Shown piece by piece: positions 9,359-20,800 of a stretch of DNA of 41,590 bases. The translations under genes were made by a program, and so were the position numbers. Every line of letters starts with the position of its first letter. Positions within the stretch are counted from its first letter, which is position 1. The DNA comes from Cytophagaceae bacterium. GTDB lineage: Bacteria > Bacteroidota > Bacteroidia > Cytophagales > Cytophagaceae. The notes below the pieces were generated by a model that did not search any database, was not told where the DNA came from, and worked only from the letters and a program-made list of their open reading frames with translations. Where the stretch lies: the NCBI GenBank assembly GCA_019746425.1, contig JAIERY010000185.1, positions 1 through 41,590 of the forward strand. The letters run 5' to 3'.

Positions 9359-10360
9359 ATGTACGATAAAAAATATCATAATTCAGATTTAAAGAATTTT
9401 ACTTTTTTAGTTACCGGGGGAGCAGGATTTATCGGTTCTCATATTGTCGAATATCTTCTCAATCATGGAGCAGGGAATGTGAGGGTTCTGGATAATTTTG
9501 CTACAGGCTTCAAAAAAAATCTCGAATCATTCAGTACAAACAAATCATTTGAATTTCTCGAAGGTGATATCCGTGATTTAAATACCTGCCAGCAGGCATG
9601 CAAGGATATCAATATTGTTTTTCACCAGGCCGCGCTGGGGTCTGTTCCAAGAAGCATTAATGATCCTGTTACTACAAACGCCGTTAATATTGATGGTTTT
9701 GTAAATATGCTGGTTGCTTCACGTGATCAAAAAGCAAAGAAGTTTATTTATGCTGCTTCCTCTTCTACATATGGAGATAGCAAAAAGCTTCCTAAGGTGG
9801 AAGGGGAGATCGGGATGCCTTTATCTCCTTATGCAGTTACAAAATTTGTAAATGAATTGTATGCCAGGGTCTTTGCTTTAAACTATGGAATCAAAACAAT
9901 TGGCCTTAGGTATTTTAATGTATTTGGTCCCAGGCAGGATCCGAATGGGGCTTACGCAGCTGTTATTCCATTATTCATTAATAGCCTGGTAAATAATAAA
10001 ACCGTAAAAATTGATGGAGATGGTGAGCAGACAAGAGATTTTACTTTTGTAGAAAATGCAGTACAGGCAAATATCAGGGCTGCTTTTGCGGGTAACTTTA
10101 ACGACTTGAATGAAGTTTATAATGTTGCTGTAGGGGAGCGGACCTCAATAAATCAAATGTTTGAAATTATCAAAGAACTATCAGGGTCGGATGTTAAACC
10201 GGAATACAGGCAAGCCAGAGCAGGGGATGTTCGCGATAGCCTTGCAGATATTTCAAAAATAAAAAATCATCTTGGATACAATCCAACAGTAAACTTAAAA
10301 AACGGATTGAAGTTTACCTATGAGTGGTTTAAGAATAACAGAGAGTTTATTAATAGTTGA
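9359..10360 (+). CDS. SDR-family UDP-N-acetyl-hexosamine(uronate) 4-epimerase (WbpP/TviC-like)
   Basis: 333 aa. VTGGAGFIGSH, HQAALGSVPRSINDP, YAVTK. The natural partner of the 5822-7111 dehydrogenase. Confidence 0.72.
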   Translation: MYDKKYHNSDLKNFTFLVTGGAGFIGSHIVEYLLNHGAGNVRVLDNFATGFKKNLESFSTNKSFEFLEGDIRDLNTCQQACKDINIVFHQAALGSVPRSINDPVTTNAVNIDGFVNMLVASRDQKAKKFIYAASSSTYGDSKKLPKVEGEIGMPLSPYAVTKFVNELYARVFALNYGIKTIGLRYFNVFGPRQDPNGAYAAVIPLFINSLVNNKTVKIDGDGEQTRDFTFVENAVQANIRAAFAGNFNDLNEVYNVAVGERTSINQMFEIIKELSGSDVKPEYRQARAGDVRDSLADISKIKNHLGYNPTVNLKNGLKFTYEWFKNNREFINS

Positions 10361-10449
10361 TAATATACAATTGATAATCAATACTGTTTGTCACTGCATA
10401 TTCTCAATTGTCAACTTGTTTTAATAAAGAATAAGTTAAATTACATATT

Positions 10450-11325
10450 ATGAAAGGAATCATATTAGCAGGAGGATCCGGCACACGTTTGCACCCATTG
10501 ACCTTAGCTGTCAGCAAACAATTGATGCCCGTGTATGATAAGCCAATGATTTATTATCCTCTGTCCTGTCTGATGATGGCGGGCATTAAAGAAATATTAA
10601 TTATTTCTACGCCGCATGATCTGCCAAATTTTAAAAAATTGCTGGGAGATGGGAATTATCTGGGATGCTCCTTTTCCTATGCAGAGCAGCCTGAACCAAA
10701 TGGACTTGCTCAGGCTTTTGTGATCGGAGAAAAATTTATCGGAAAAGATAAAGTTGCATTGATATTGGGGGATAATATTTTTTACGGCTCGGGACTGAAA
10801 GAATTATTTTTCAGCAATAATAATCCTGATGGCGGCGTGGTTTTTGCTTATCACGTTCATGACCCTGAACGATACGGGGTGGTAGAATTTGGCGAAGATC
10901 ATAAAGTGATTTCTATTGAAGAAAAACCTAAAAACCCTAAATCCAATTATGCAGTGCCTGGATTATATTTTTACGATAATCAGGTAGTAGAGATAGCTAA
11001 AAATTTAAAGCCAAGCGCGAGAGGGGAATATGAAATAACAGATGTAAATAAAGCCTATTTGCAGGGTGGTAAATTAAAAGTCGGCGTGCTGGATAGGGGA
11101 ACTGCATGGCTCGACACAGGAACATTTGCTTCCTTAATGCAGGCCGGGAATTTTGTACAGGTGATTGAAGAGAGACAAGGTTTGAAAGTGGGATGTATTG
11201 AAGAGATTGCATATGAAATGAAATTTATTAATTCACAGCAACTGGAGGCATTGGCTAAGCCTCTTTTAAAAAGCGGATACGGCAAATATTTGCTTAATTT
11301 AATTAATCAGAAAATCGTGATTTAA
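10450..11325 (+). CDS. rfbA: Glucose-1-phosphate thymidylyltransferase
   Basis: 291 aa. [31 protein letters not shown] is canonical RmlA. Confidence 0.95.
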   Translation: MKGIILAGGSGTRLHPLTLAVSKQLMPVYDKPMIYYPLSCLMMAGIKEILIISTPHDLPNFKKLLGDGNYLGCSFSYAEQPEPNGLAQAFVIGEKFIGKDKVALILGDNIFYGSGLKELFFSNNNPDGGVVFAYHVHDPERYGVVEFGEDHKVISIEEKPKNPKSNYAVPGLYFYDNQVVEIAKNLKPSARGEYEITDVNKAYLQGGKLKVGVLDRGTAWLDTGTFASLMQAGNFVQVIEERQGLKVGCIEEIAYEMKFINSQQLEALAKPLLKSGYGKYLLNLINQKIVI

Positions 11326-12494
11326 AAAATAACTCCAGCTATTATCCCCGCGATGATAATAAAAGGAGGAGGAATTTTTGTGAAAAGAAGAGTTAAAAAA
11401 GTAGCAAGTATAATTAGATAGTTAAGCCAGCCATCTTGTATAGGCTGCATCATGGTCCCGAGCAGCTGAATAGCAGTTGCCGTCACAATACCAGCGCTTG
11501 CAGCATTTACACCTTCCAGCGATGCTTTCACGACTCTGTATTGTTTTAGTCTGTCCCAAAACCTGATCACGAAAAATATCATAATAGTGCCAGGAAGAAA
11601 AATTCCTGCAGTGGCTACAAGGCTGCCCAGAAGTTGTCCTCCTATGCCATATTCTCTCATAGATAAAGATCCGATATAGGAACTAAAGGAAAATATAGGG
11701 CCTGGTAAACTTTTCAATAAAGCATATCCTGAAAGAAACTGGTCTTCTGTTAAGTAATCTTTTAATTTGACAAATTCTTTATAAAACATTGCAGTCAGCG
11801 CTTCGCCGCCACCAAATAATAAACTTCCGTTACGGAAAAAATTTTCAAAAAGCCGTATGCCTTTATATTGTGTAATTTGTCCTAATAAAGCTGCACCTAT
11901 AAAAATCGAAGCATATAAAACCAGATTTGACCATTCTATCCGTAACGGCTCTTTTTTTTCTTCAAGAGGTTGTCTTCTGTATTTAAACGAGGTGATGAAT
12001 CCGCTGAAAATTAATATAAGAGGAAAAACTGCGGGTGTATCAACGAAGTAACACCCAATCGCTGAAAAAATGAACAGTACATAGCTGGTTCTGCTGTTTA
12101 CACAAACTAATCCTATTTTATAAGCGGCAAACATTACAAATGCTACAGCCATCGGAATAATATATTTGGTAAACTCCAGTGATATAAATGAAATGGAAAT
12201 TGCCGCAGCGGTCATGATAAGTGTTGCAGGCATGATCCAGACCAGTAATGTAAGGAAAGCTAATTTAGGTCCGCCTATTTTAAATCCTACCGCTGTTAAA
12301 GTTTGTGTTGAGGCAGGACCGGGAAGTATCTGGCAGAAAGAATTCAGATCAATAAGGTCTTCCTGGGAAATATAGTTTCGTTTTTTTACCAGCACATTAA
12401 AAAAAAGCGTCATGTGTGCCTGTGGTCCTCCGAATGCGGTGATTGCCATTAATAAGACATCTTTTAAAAAAATAATGTGTCTTACTTTCTTCAT
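11322..12494 (-). CDS. chrA: Chromate ion transporter (CHR family, two-domain)
   Basis: 390 aa polytopic membrane protein. FGGPQAHM near the N-terminus and a second FGGGEA half. Its stop overlaps the rfbA stop by 4 nt, convergently. Confidence 0.82.
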   Translation of the reverse strand: MKKVRHIIFLKDVLLMAITAFGGPQAHMTLFFNVLVKKRNYISQEDLIDLNSFCQILPGPASTQTLTAVGFKIGGPKLAFLTLLVWIMPATLIMTAAAISISFISLEFTKYIIPMAVAFVMFAAYKIGLVCVNSRTSYVLFIFSAIGCYFVDTPAVFPLILIFSGFITSFKYRRQPLEEKKEPLRIEWSNLVLYASIFIGAALLGQITQYKGIRLFENFFRNGSLLFGGGEALTAMFYKEFVKLKDYLTEDQFLSGYALLKSLPGPIFSFSSYIGSLSMREYGIGGQLLGSLVATAGIFLPGTIMIFFVIRFWDRLKQYRVVKASLEGVNAASAGIVTATAIQLLGTMMQPIQDGWLNYLIILATFLTLLFTKIPPPFIIIAGIIAGVIF

Positions 12495-12668
12495 GGGGTT
12501 ATGCTTACCTTAAAAATAATCACGGGGTAGAACGATCTTTGATTAAATATTTCTAAATTATATCAGTTTCCCGGGAAACACTTGTTGGTAATGAAAGTTA
12601 TTGGTAATAAATTTATGCAATAAACTTAAAAATACTTAAAATCCCCAGCTAAAAATTAAATTAAGCCT

Positions 12669-13529
12669 ATGAAAAACCTTATTTTTTTGATTACAGCGGG
12701 TTTTCTTTTCGCTTCTTGCGAAAGAAATACCAGCACAGAGAAAGCTTCTTCTACAGACAGTACTGCCGCAGGTAAAATGCAGGTAGATATTAATCCTATG
12801 CCGGTAGATACTATGGGGATGATGGTAAAAGGTGATATTCGTTTGTTGCCATTAAAAGGCTCTCCTGAATTTTCCGATGCTGTTCTGGAGTTAAACGCAC
12901 CTTCAGAAAACAGCAAACAGAAATCAGGTGAGCCTGTATCTTTTAAATACGAAGTGAAAAATTACAAATTGCGTGGTTCCAAAACACCGAATCCATCCTG
13001 CAATCAGTGTAATGAGTCGAAGGATGGACAACATATTCATCTTATATTTAATAATGAACCATATATCGCAGTATACAAGCCGGATACTACATTAAATTTA
13101 AAGGATGGACATTATGTGGCCTTGTCATTTCTTTCAAGATCCTATCACGAAAGTTTAAAACATTTTGAGGCAGCAGATATTCGTCAGTTTACAGTGGGCA
13201 ATGCAAAAGCAAAAAGTGTCGATCTTTCAAAGCCCATGTTGTTTTACAGCAGGCCTAAAGGGGAATACAAAGGACAATTTGCTAAAAGGATATTGCTTGA
13301 TTTTTACCTTGTAAATAATCAATTGTCAGCAGATGGGAATAAAGTAAGAGCTACTATAAATGGTAATGAATTTCTGATTAACAAATGGCAACCATATGTT
13401 ATTGAAGGTTTGCCTATGGGAGAAAATATAATTAAACTTGAATTAATTGATAAAGATGGAAAATTAGTAGATGGTCCTTTTAATTCAATTGAAAGAAAAA
13501 TTACTTTGATAGAAGAACCGGCAAGCTAG
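12669..13529 (+). CDS. Hypothetical lipoprotein with CxxC and His-rich motif
   Basis: 286 aa. Lipobox LFASC at residues 13-17; PSCNQCNESKDGQHIHLIF. No family recognised with confidence. Confidence 0.6.
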   Translation: MKNLIFLITAGFLFASCERNTSTEKASSTDSTAAGKMQVDINPMPVDTMGMMVKGDIRLLPLKGSPEFSDAVLELNAPSENSKQKSGEPVSFKYEVKNYKLRGSKTPNPSCNQCNESKDGQHIHLIFNNEPYIAVYKPDTTLNLKDGHYVALSFLSRSYHESLKHFEAADIRQFTVGNAKAKSVDLSKPMLFYSRPKGEYKGQFAKRILLDFYLVNNQLSADGNKVRATINGNEFLINKWQPYVIEGLPMGENIIKLELIDKDGKLVDGPFNSIERKITLIEEPAS

Positions 13530-13543
13530 GTTCAACAGAACTG

Positions 13544-13575
13544 TAACTCATGCCTTAAGGCATGAGTTATTTTTT
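13544..13575 (+). terminator. Intrinsic terminator between the convergent lipoprotein gene and recO
   Basis: TAACTCATGCC-TTAA-GGCATGAGTTA, an 11-bp perfect stem, followed by TTTTTT. Confidence 0.75.
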
Positions 13576-13586
13576 CTTACCAGACT

Positions 13587-14261
13587 TTAAGAAAGTACTT
13601 CCTTTAATATTTTTTCTGAATTTATTTCTCCGAAATTTTCAATATGATTTTTATAAAATCTCAGTAATTGTGCTAAAAAAAATCTGCGTAAGCCATTGTT
13701 GAGTTTTATGGTTTCTGTATAATCAGCACGAAGTAATTTTTCAAACATTTCTTTTTCTTCTTCTTTTAACATCGATGCTTCATCCCCCAATATGTCTTTA
13801 ATGCTGGTTGGGAAAAAACCCAGGAAAGAAGATAGTTGTATTAAAAACTGCAAATGAAAGTTTTGAAAGTCTTCTTTTATTTCATCAAGATAGATTAATG
13901 ATTTATGGAGAAAGTAAAATAATTCCTGATTGGAAGTTTCTTCCTTTAAGGTTTTATTCAGTATTTCTGAAATGAATAAAGCAATGGAAGATTTTTTAAC
14001 TTCAAAAGGAATAGACTTAAAAGGGAAAGTACATTTGATTTCTGAAATTCTTTTAATCGAAGAGTTTTCCTTATAATAAACTACCAGGTCGAGGATCGTG
14101 AGAGATTGAAAAAGACCGATTTTGTTTTTTGAATTTTTGCTTCGTACCCCATTAACTATATAAGTTCGTAACCCAAATTCTTCCGTATAAATTTTTGTGA
14201 TAATAGAAGTCTCCCGGTACTTAATATAATTTAATACGACTCCTCTGGTTTTCTGAAGCAT
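13587..14261 (-). CDS. recO: DNA repair protein RecO
   Basis: 224 aa. N-terminal OB-fold pattern MLQKTRGVVLNYIKYRETSIITKIYTEEFGLRTY is typical of Bacteroidota RecO. Confidence 0.82.
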   Translation of the reverse strand: MLQKTRGVVLNYIKYRETSIITKIYTEEFGLRTYIVNGVRSKNSKNKIGLFQSLTILDLVVYYKENSSIKRISEIKCTFPFKSIPFEVKKSSIALFISEILNKTLKEETSNQELFYFLHKSLIYLDEIKEDFQNFHLQFLIQLSSFLGFFPTSIKDILGDEASMLKEEEKEMFEKLLRADYTETIKLNNGLRRFFLAQLLRFYKNHIENFGEINSEKILKEVLS

Positions 14262-14266
14262 TGTAT

Positions 14267-16564
14267 TTATTCTACTACTGCCACTTTTGAAACAAAGGTT
14301 TCTACGCCATCTTCAGATGCGCTGAAAATAAGATAAACACCCGTTTTAGCTTTTACCCCATTGTAATTTTTCCCATTCCATACAGCAGTTCCACCTTCAG
14401 CTTTAGTCTGATAGACTAAATTTCCATAAACGTCAGTGATCTTTACCACGGCATCATTTGCCAGGCCAGATATTCCAATCAAACCGTTAAAGTCGGGTTT
14501 CACTGGATTTGGAAAAACTTTTACCTCTCCATGTTGTGTCTTTGCTTCAGTGGCAGTTCCTCTGTAGGATATAATGCCTTTATCAGTGGCAATAAATACT
14601 TCTCCTGTGATTTCATTTATTTCCACATCGATGATATTGTTTGAAAGTATCGGACTATTGTCTACCGTAAAATTATTAATCACTTCTGTGCCATCATCAT
14701 TGAATAACCACAATCCATTTTTGGTTCCTATCCATTTACGATTGCCTCCATCAATTTTGATGCATGTGATTGCCTCGTTGTAAAGCAATGGAAAGCCGTC
14801 AAAAATAGGAGCGGCAGCATTTACGGAAGAAGAAGTAAACATGTCTTCCGGATTGTAAAAGACAGCAATACCCTGTTCAGTGCCTACCCAAACTTCGCCA
14901 TTCTTATCGACAGCCATAGTATTTACATTAATATGAGGAAGTTTCCCCTGTCCTTCTACATCTGTAAGGTATTTGTAAGTATTGTTTTTATCATTATAAA
15001 CAATAATACCTCCTCCATAACCCGGGCGAAGCCTTATCCATTTATAATCATTTTCATCTATCATAATTTCAAGCGGATATCTTGCCGCTTCAAATCCAAA
15101 ACTTTTGGATGCCCACGTTCCGTTTGTTCTTTTAACATGCAGAGATGGTTCTGTAAGCGATGGAACAACATAGTTTGCCACCCACAGATTTCCATTTTTA
15201 TCAACCTCAACATCAGATACAAAAACGTATGTGCCTGGCTGAGGCAAGGCTCTTCGAAGCGGAGCAATGGTATCGTCTATAAGAGAATAAGTATTGTCAG
15301 GGTTTGCGACTAATATTCCAAAGCCATGTGTTGCAAAATATAATTTATTGTCGGCTGGATTGTAAGCTGCATTCAGGATATCGAGTGTATAAGGAAATCC
15401 CGGGGTTTGAGTAGTGCTATATGTTTTCCAGGAAGTATTGTCAAATACATTATATATGCCCTGACGATACATAAAAGAATAGCTGGTATTGTAACCCCCA
15501 TATGGAGCTACAATCTTATTATCATAATAATATAGACTGAATGCCTCTTTCACATTGGGTCCGTTGGGTTGATGAAATGGATTGAAGTATCCTTCATAAT
15601 CTGTAATAAGTCCGAAACCTAAATCTGCTATCCACAATTTTCCATTAGCATCAAGTGCAGCTTCTGCAGGAGCCCAGATCCAATAATTGGTATATGTGGT
15701 ATAAGTTGTTTCGTTGAGAGCTACAGTGACTTTGCTGTTGGAGCAAACCAATAATTTGCCCATAGAAACATTCAAAGATCTTAATTCTGTTTCCATGGGA
15801 ATATTTGATTTTGTCCATAAATTTCCAGGTGTTAAATAATAAATACTGTCTCCGCGAACACCTGTGTAAATTTTATTATTAAAAGTACACACTGTTACTA
15901 TGTTAGTAGTAGAAATATTATTTGCAGCGCCATAAGTATACCAGTTGCTGAAGTCCATTAAATTTATCGCCGGAGAATTTTTCGCGCACATTACCCCCTT
16001 CTCTGTAGCAAGAAAAATACTGTCTCCGTCGGGAGAGCATGTTGATGCAAAAACTTTATTGGGCAAGCCTCCTGGAGCCAGGCTCAGCCAGGTTTCCTTA
16101 ACTTCATATTTTTTAAGATTTACAACAGCAACTCCGAAATCACAGGAGAAATATGCATAGTCCCCATAGAAATTTATATGATTTATCTTTTTGCTGCCTA
16201 CGATAGGTTTCCGTGCAATATCATTAAGATTAATTACTTCATTGTCTTTAATAATATCTATATTCCCATTTTCATAGCCAATTACCGTAAGGTTAAATGC
16301 GGAATTGTATTTAACTTCATTTACACCAACATCATTCAGTTCATTTATCTTGGAAAGAATATCTATGCTCATGTCTGTATTATCCACTGTAAAAGCATTG
16401 ATTTCAGCCGCGGCGTAAATAATATTCCCGGCAGTTTCAACCGATCTTATAGCCTTATAAGGCAGGTGCACTCTCCATGTTCCTATAGGAATATTATTTT
16501 GCTGGGAGAATGCGTTATTAATAATGAAAAGACTTACAAAAAAAAGCGTTATTTTGGAGTACAT
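14267..16564 (-). CDS. Two-component-regulator-propeller (Reg_prop) repeat protein with T9SS C-terminal domain; PorZ-like
   Basis: 765 aa with a signal peptide. Repeated GT/AT-x-x-G-(I/L/V) blade motifs (ATEKGVMCA, ATHGFGILVA, GTEQGIAVF, GTKNGLWLF, ATDKGIISY). C-terminal KVFPNPVKPDF...GVYLIFSASEDG...KVAVVE sorting domain. Size and architecture match PorZ, but the orthology is not proven. Confidence 0.6.
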   Translation of the reverse strand: MYSKITLFFVSLFIINNAFSQQNNIPIGTWRVHLPYKAIRSVETAGNIIYAAAEINAFTVDNTDMSIDILSKINELNDVGVNEVKYNSAFNLTVIGYENGNIDIIKDNEVINLNDIARKPIVGSKKINHINFYGDYAYFSCDFGVAVVNLKKYEVKETWLSLAPGGLPNKVFASTCSPDGDSIFLATEKGVMCAKNSPAINLMDFSNWYTYGAANNISTTNIVTVCTFNNKIYTGVRGDSIYYLTPGNLWTKSNIPMETELRSLNVSMGKLLVCSNSKVTVALNETTYTTYTNYWIWAPAEAALDANGKLWIADLGFGLITDYEGYFNPFHQPNGPNVKEAFSLYYYDNKIVAPYGGYNTSYSFMYRQGIYNVFDNTSWKTYSTTQTPGFPYTLDILNAAYNPADNKLYFATHGFGILVANPDNTYSLIDDTIAPLRRALPQPGTYVFVSDVEVDKNGNLWVANYVVPSLTEPSLHVKRTNGTWASKSFGFEAARYPLEIMIDENDYKWIRLRPGYGGGIIVYNDKNNTYKYLTDVEGQGKLPHINVNTMAVDKNGEVWVGTEQGIAVFYNPEDMFTSSSVNAAAPIFDGFPLLYNEAITCIKIDGGNRKWIGTKNGLWLFNDDGTEVINNFTVDNSPILSNNIIDVEINEITGEVFIATDKGIISYRGTATEAKTQHGEVKVFPNPVKPDFNGLIGISGLANDAVVKITDVYGNLVYQTKAEGGTAVWNGKNYNGVKAKTGVYLIFSASEDGVETFVSKVAVVE

Positions 16565-16596
16565 GAATTGAAGATATTTGTCTTAATGGATAATAA

Positions 16597-16604
16597 CAAA
16601 GATA
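16597..16604 (-). promoter_or_regulatory. Candidate -7 box (TATCTTTG on minus strand) for the PorZ-like/recO unit
   Basis: Exact TAnnTTTG match, 33 nt upstream of the ATG at 16564. Confidence 0.35.
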
Positions 16605-16687
16605 CAAGCAATTTATTGTTTTGAATTGTTTTTTTTGGACTAAAATCCCATATTTATAAGGGGCAAAGGTATTTAGAATGCAATTAT

Positions 16688-17701
16688 ATGGAAATTCAAA
16701 AACTGGAGGCTTATTCAGTAGTATTAGGAGAAAAAATTTCTAATGAAATTTATAAGGACACTAATAGAATCTCGGGGAACGATATTTTAAAATTGACTCC
16801 AATTGAGCAGGTAAATTTATTTGTAGTCAAAAATTTATTTGATAAGTGGAAAGATGAAATGGCCGGTTTAAAAAGTCCCTATTTCAACTACGATATCACT
16901 GAAGTAAAAGAAGCATTATCGGTTTTAGGAAATAAGCTTTCACGAAATATTTCTGTTAAAAAAGAGCATTTTGTTCCTCTGCTTCAAAAATCCATTTCTG
17001 ATACTCTGATATTAATGCTTTATCCGCAGGAATTCTTTTCCAGAGAATTTTCCCGTAAAGACGCCATTCATTTACCGGAAATTCAGGAAAGTGAAAAGTA
17101 TTATAAAATAAACAGACATTTTGTATTAGCTATAATTAATGAATTTAAGTCATCAGGTAAGGAAGAATTCAGGAAAGAAGAGTTGGGTAATTTTTTAAAC
17201 AAAGTTTATTATAACAATCACTTGCCTGGCGATGATGTGCAGCGTCATATAGATTCCTTCGCTGAATTGCTGAAGTTTGAATTTAATGAACCAGTAAAAA
17301 AGCAATCAGTTAATATTCCGGAGAAAGAAGAAGTCAAGCAGCTCGGAAAGCAATCGGAGAATAAAATTCTCAATGAAAAATTTGGCATCGACCAATCAAC
17401 GCTGAATGACTACCTGAAGCAAGGTAAAGCAGAGACGCTCGCAGATAAGATAGGCAAAAGAAAAATTGAAAACCTGAAAGGAAGTTTTTCCTTAAATCAG
17501 AAATTTTTGTTCATCAATTCTTTGTTCAAAGGAGCGGGTACGGAGTTTGAAAATGCTATCAATGATGTGGAGGGAACAGGAACTTATGAAGAAGCCCTGA
17601 ATACTCTTAAGCAAAATTATGCAGGTAAATACAATTGGAATTTTCAGCAAGATGATGTGAAGGAGTTTTTAGATATAGTCGAAAGGAAATTTTTAAATTA
17701 A
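16688..17701 (+). CDS. Hypothetical cytoplasmic protein, no recognised domain
   Basis: 337-aa clean ORF. No signal peptide or TM segment, Lys/Glu-rich middle. C-terminal ...LNQKFLFINSLFKGAGTEFENAIN... No motif I can name. Confidence 0.5.
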   Translation: MEIQKLEAYSVVLGEKISNEIYKDTNRISGNDILKLTPIEQVNLFVVKNLFDKWKDEMAGLKSPYFNYDITEVKEALSVLGNKLSRNISVKKEHFVPLLQKSISDTLILMLYPQEFFSREFSRKDAIHLPEIQESEKYYKINRHFVLAIINEFKSSGKEEFRKEELGNFLNKVYYNNHLPGDDVQRHIDSFAELLKFEFNEPVKKQSVNIPEKEEVKQLGKQSENKILNEKFGIDQSTLNDYLKQGKAETLADKIGKRKIENLKGSFSLNQKFLFINSLFKGAGTEFENAINDVEGTGTYEEALNTLKQNYAGKYNWNFQQDDVKEFLDIVERKFLN

Positions 17702-17893
17702 TGCCCTAACCTGTCTTCGAAGTATGGGCTTTATTCGTTTTTTGAATTATTCAATTATTCTCATAGTTTGGTTTTAGGTTAATTATGTTTTGGGAATTCG
17801 TCTAATAAGTATTTGAATTTATCGATAAAATACTTAGCTTAGCCTTCCCTTTTATCTTCTTTTTCATCTAATACTTTCAGAACATAATTCGCC

Positions 17894-20800
17894 ATGACAA
17901 AATCATTTTTTATTGCTTTAATATTTGTCCTCGCAATAAGAGCTAATACAATCTTTGCGCAAGGAACAATTTCAAGTATCACAAATATTACATCTACAAA
18001 TGTTCCTTTGTATGGGAAATTTGAGGCGGGCGCATCATTGACAAAAAATTTTACTAATCCCTATGATCCTGAAATTGTTTCCATTGATGTGCAATTTATT
18101 TCTCCAACAGGAAAACAATACAACGTTTTTGGATTTTATTATCAAGACTATCAAAGGTTATCTACTAGTCCTTTTTGGAATCCGATTGTAACAGCGCAAC
18201 CCTGGAGAGTAAGATTTTCACCAAATGAAATAGGTAATTGGTCGTACATTATAAAGGTAAAGGAGAATAATAACACTATTACCGGAATATCATCTGCGAG
18301 AACATTTACCTGTACCAATTCTTCTAACCCTGGCTTTGTATCTATTGCTTCCAATAAAAGATATTTTAATTTTTCAAACGGAACTTCTTTTTTTGGCATA
18401 GCACAAGATATGTGGTCTTATGGTGGTGTTACTTCACCAAATAATTGCGATCCTGCTCCATGTCCATATGCTTGCTATTCACAATACGTTTATCCCAAAT
18501 ATCAGACATGGATTTCAAATTTTTCTCAAAACGGTGGAAATTTGATAAGAGTATGGATGTCACCAACAAGCTTTGAATTGGAATGGCCAGAAGACGCCAT
18601 CAATACTAATATACTTGGAAACTATACTCCAAGACAGTACAGAGCTTATGATCTTGATGCTGTATTTGATTTAGCGGTTCAGAACAATGTTTATATTCAT
18701 CTTGTAGTAATGAATCCCGATCAGCTAGGCACTAGTTTTATAGATCCGGGTGCTGTGGATAATGGTTGGAATGGAAATCCTTATAAAATCAATATTCCTT
18801 TAACAAACTTTGGCGAATTTTTCACAAATAGCATCGCTAAAAAACATTTTAAAAACAAGCTAAGGTATATACAATCGAGATGGGGTTACTCACCAACTTT
18901 AGCCAATTACGAAATAATAAATGAATTAGACTGGATAAATCATGCAGGTATGGGAAGCAACGCAGGCAATATGTCAGCATGGTGTAATGAAATGGCAACA
19001 TTTGTTAAATCGTTGCATCCATCTCATTTAACAAATGTATCTTTTGCTATTGGACACAGTGGTGAATCAAGTGGAATAAATTATTTGCCAACGATGGATT
19101 TTACGAATGGACATTCTTATTCCGGTGATCAAAATGTTGAATATCAGCGAACTTATTTCGCTCAAAATAATCTAAACAAGTTCAATAAACCATTTTTGAT
19201 AACGGAATATGGGTTTGGTGGCCACAATTGCTGGGTTTCTGAAATTTCGGGACAACAGGATTTTCATAATACTTTATGGTCAAGTACATTTTCAGGCTCA
19301 TCAACGACCGCATTTTACTTTGGAGCAGATGTTAAATTTATGAATAGTTGCTGGGGCGGTTCAGTAGTTAAGAACTATAAACCATTAAATACCTTCCTGC
19401 AAAATGAAACGTTTAACTCTTCACACCATACTTTTAAACCTGCAGGCAATGCGCTTTCAGTTTATAATTCATATACCCCTGCCCTAAATCAAAACAGGCC
19501 ACCGGATGCACCAACATTTGATATAAATGGTTTTGCTCCGCCTTCCTGGGGACTAGATGTCGATGGCACACTCATACATACAGACTATTTAGTTACAGAT
19601 ATTACAACTAATGATGATAGAAATATTGAGGTTTTCGCTCTTAAAAATCAAAATAGAGTAATAGGTTGGGTGCATAACAAAAACCATTATTGGTATAATC
19701 TTCCTCATGTTGCAGATAATGGACAAATTCCTAATCCATGTACATATTTAAATAATGCCGCTACTTCAAGCTATCCCAATAATATTACACCTCTTATTAA
19801 TAAAACTCTAACTATTAGCAACTTGAGATGCAACGGGCAATATAGAATTGAATGGTATAGCACACAATATAACTATGATATAAATAATGATGGAATAAAT
19901 GATGATGGTGGAATTATACCAAGTTTAACAACTTTTCAAATAGCTAACAATGGAAGCCTCACCATTAATATTCCCAACCTTCAACCTATCGAATTAAATC
20001 AAAAACCCTACGCGCCAGATTATGGCTTTAAAATTATTTACCAAAACAATTTTGGCATTCAAAATGGCAAGTGGTTACATGATTACACGGATCTTTGGGT
20101 AACACCCTCTACGACTCAAGCTGCAGCCAAACCGACGGGAGATTATGCTCTAAGTGCGAACGGTTTGGATGTATTTTTTCAAGGCTCTGACGGATATATG
20201 CAGCATTTTTTTTGGAATAGCTTGACAAATAAATGGTCGCACGATGGGCTTGTTGCAAGCTGGTGGACACAGAGCGCAAACTATAAAGTAGCCGGTAAAA
20301 TATTAGTGAGTTCTACAGGCGTGTTTTATAAAGGAGCAGATGGTAGAATGCAGCATTATTATTGGAATGGTTTGACATGGGTTCATGATTATACAGATGC
20401 GTGGGTAACGCCTGCCAGTACGCAGGCAGCTGCAAAGCCAATAGGGGATTATGTTTTAAGCGCAAATGGTCTTGATGTTTTCTTTCATGGAGCCGATGGT
20501 TATATGCAGCACTTTTTTTGGAATAGTTCGATAAATAAATGGTCACATGATGGGCTTGTTGCAAGCTGGTGGACACAAAGCGTAAACTATAAAGTAGCCG
20601 GTAAAATATTGGTTAGTTCTACGGGTGTATTTTATAAAGGGGCAGATGGTAGAATGCAGCATTATTATTGGAATGGTTCGACATGGGTTCATGATTATAC
20701 AGATGCATGGGTAACACCTGCCAGCACACAGGCAGCTGCAAAGCCAATAGGGGATTATGTTTTAAGCGCAAATGGTCTTGATGTTTTCTTTCATGGAGCC

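Noticed and set aside
14574-16624. Several plus-strand ORFs (69-148 aa) across the PorZ-like gene
   Set aside because: They are antisense to a 765-aa ORF with repeated propeller motifs and a CTD, and their translations are low-complexity Ile/Phe/Asn-rich.
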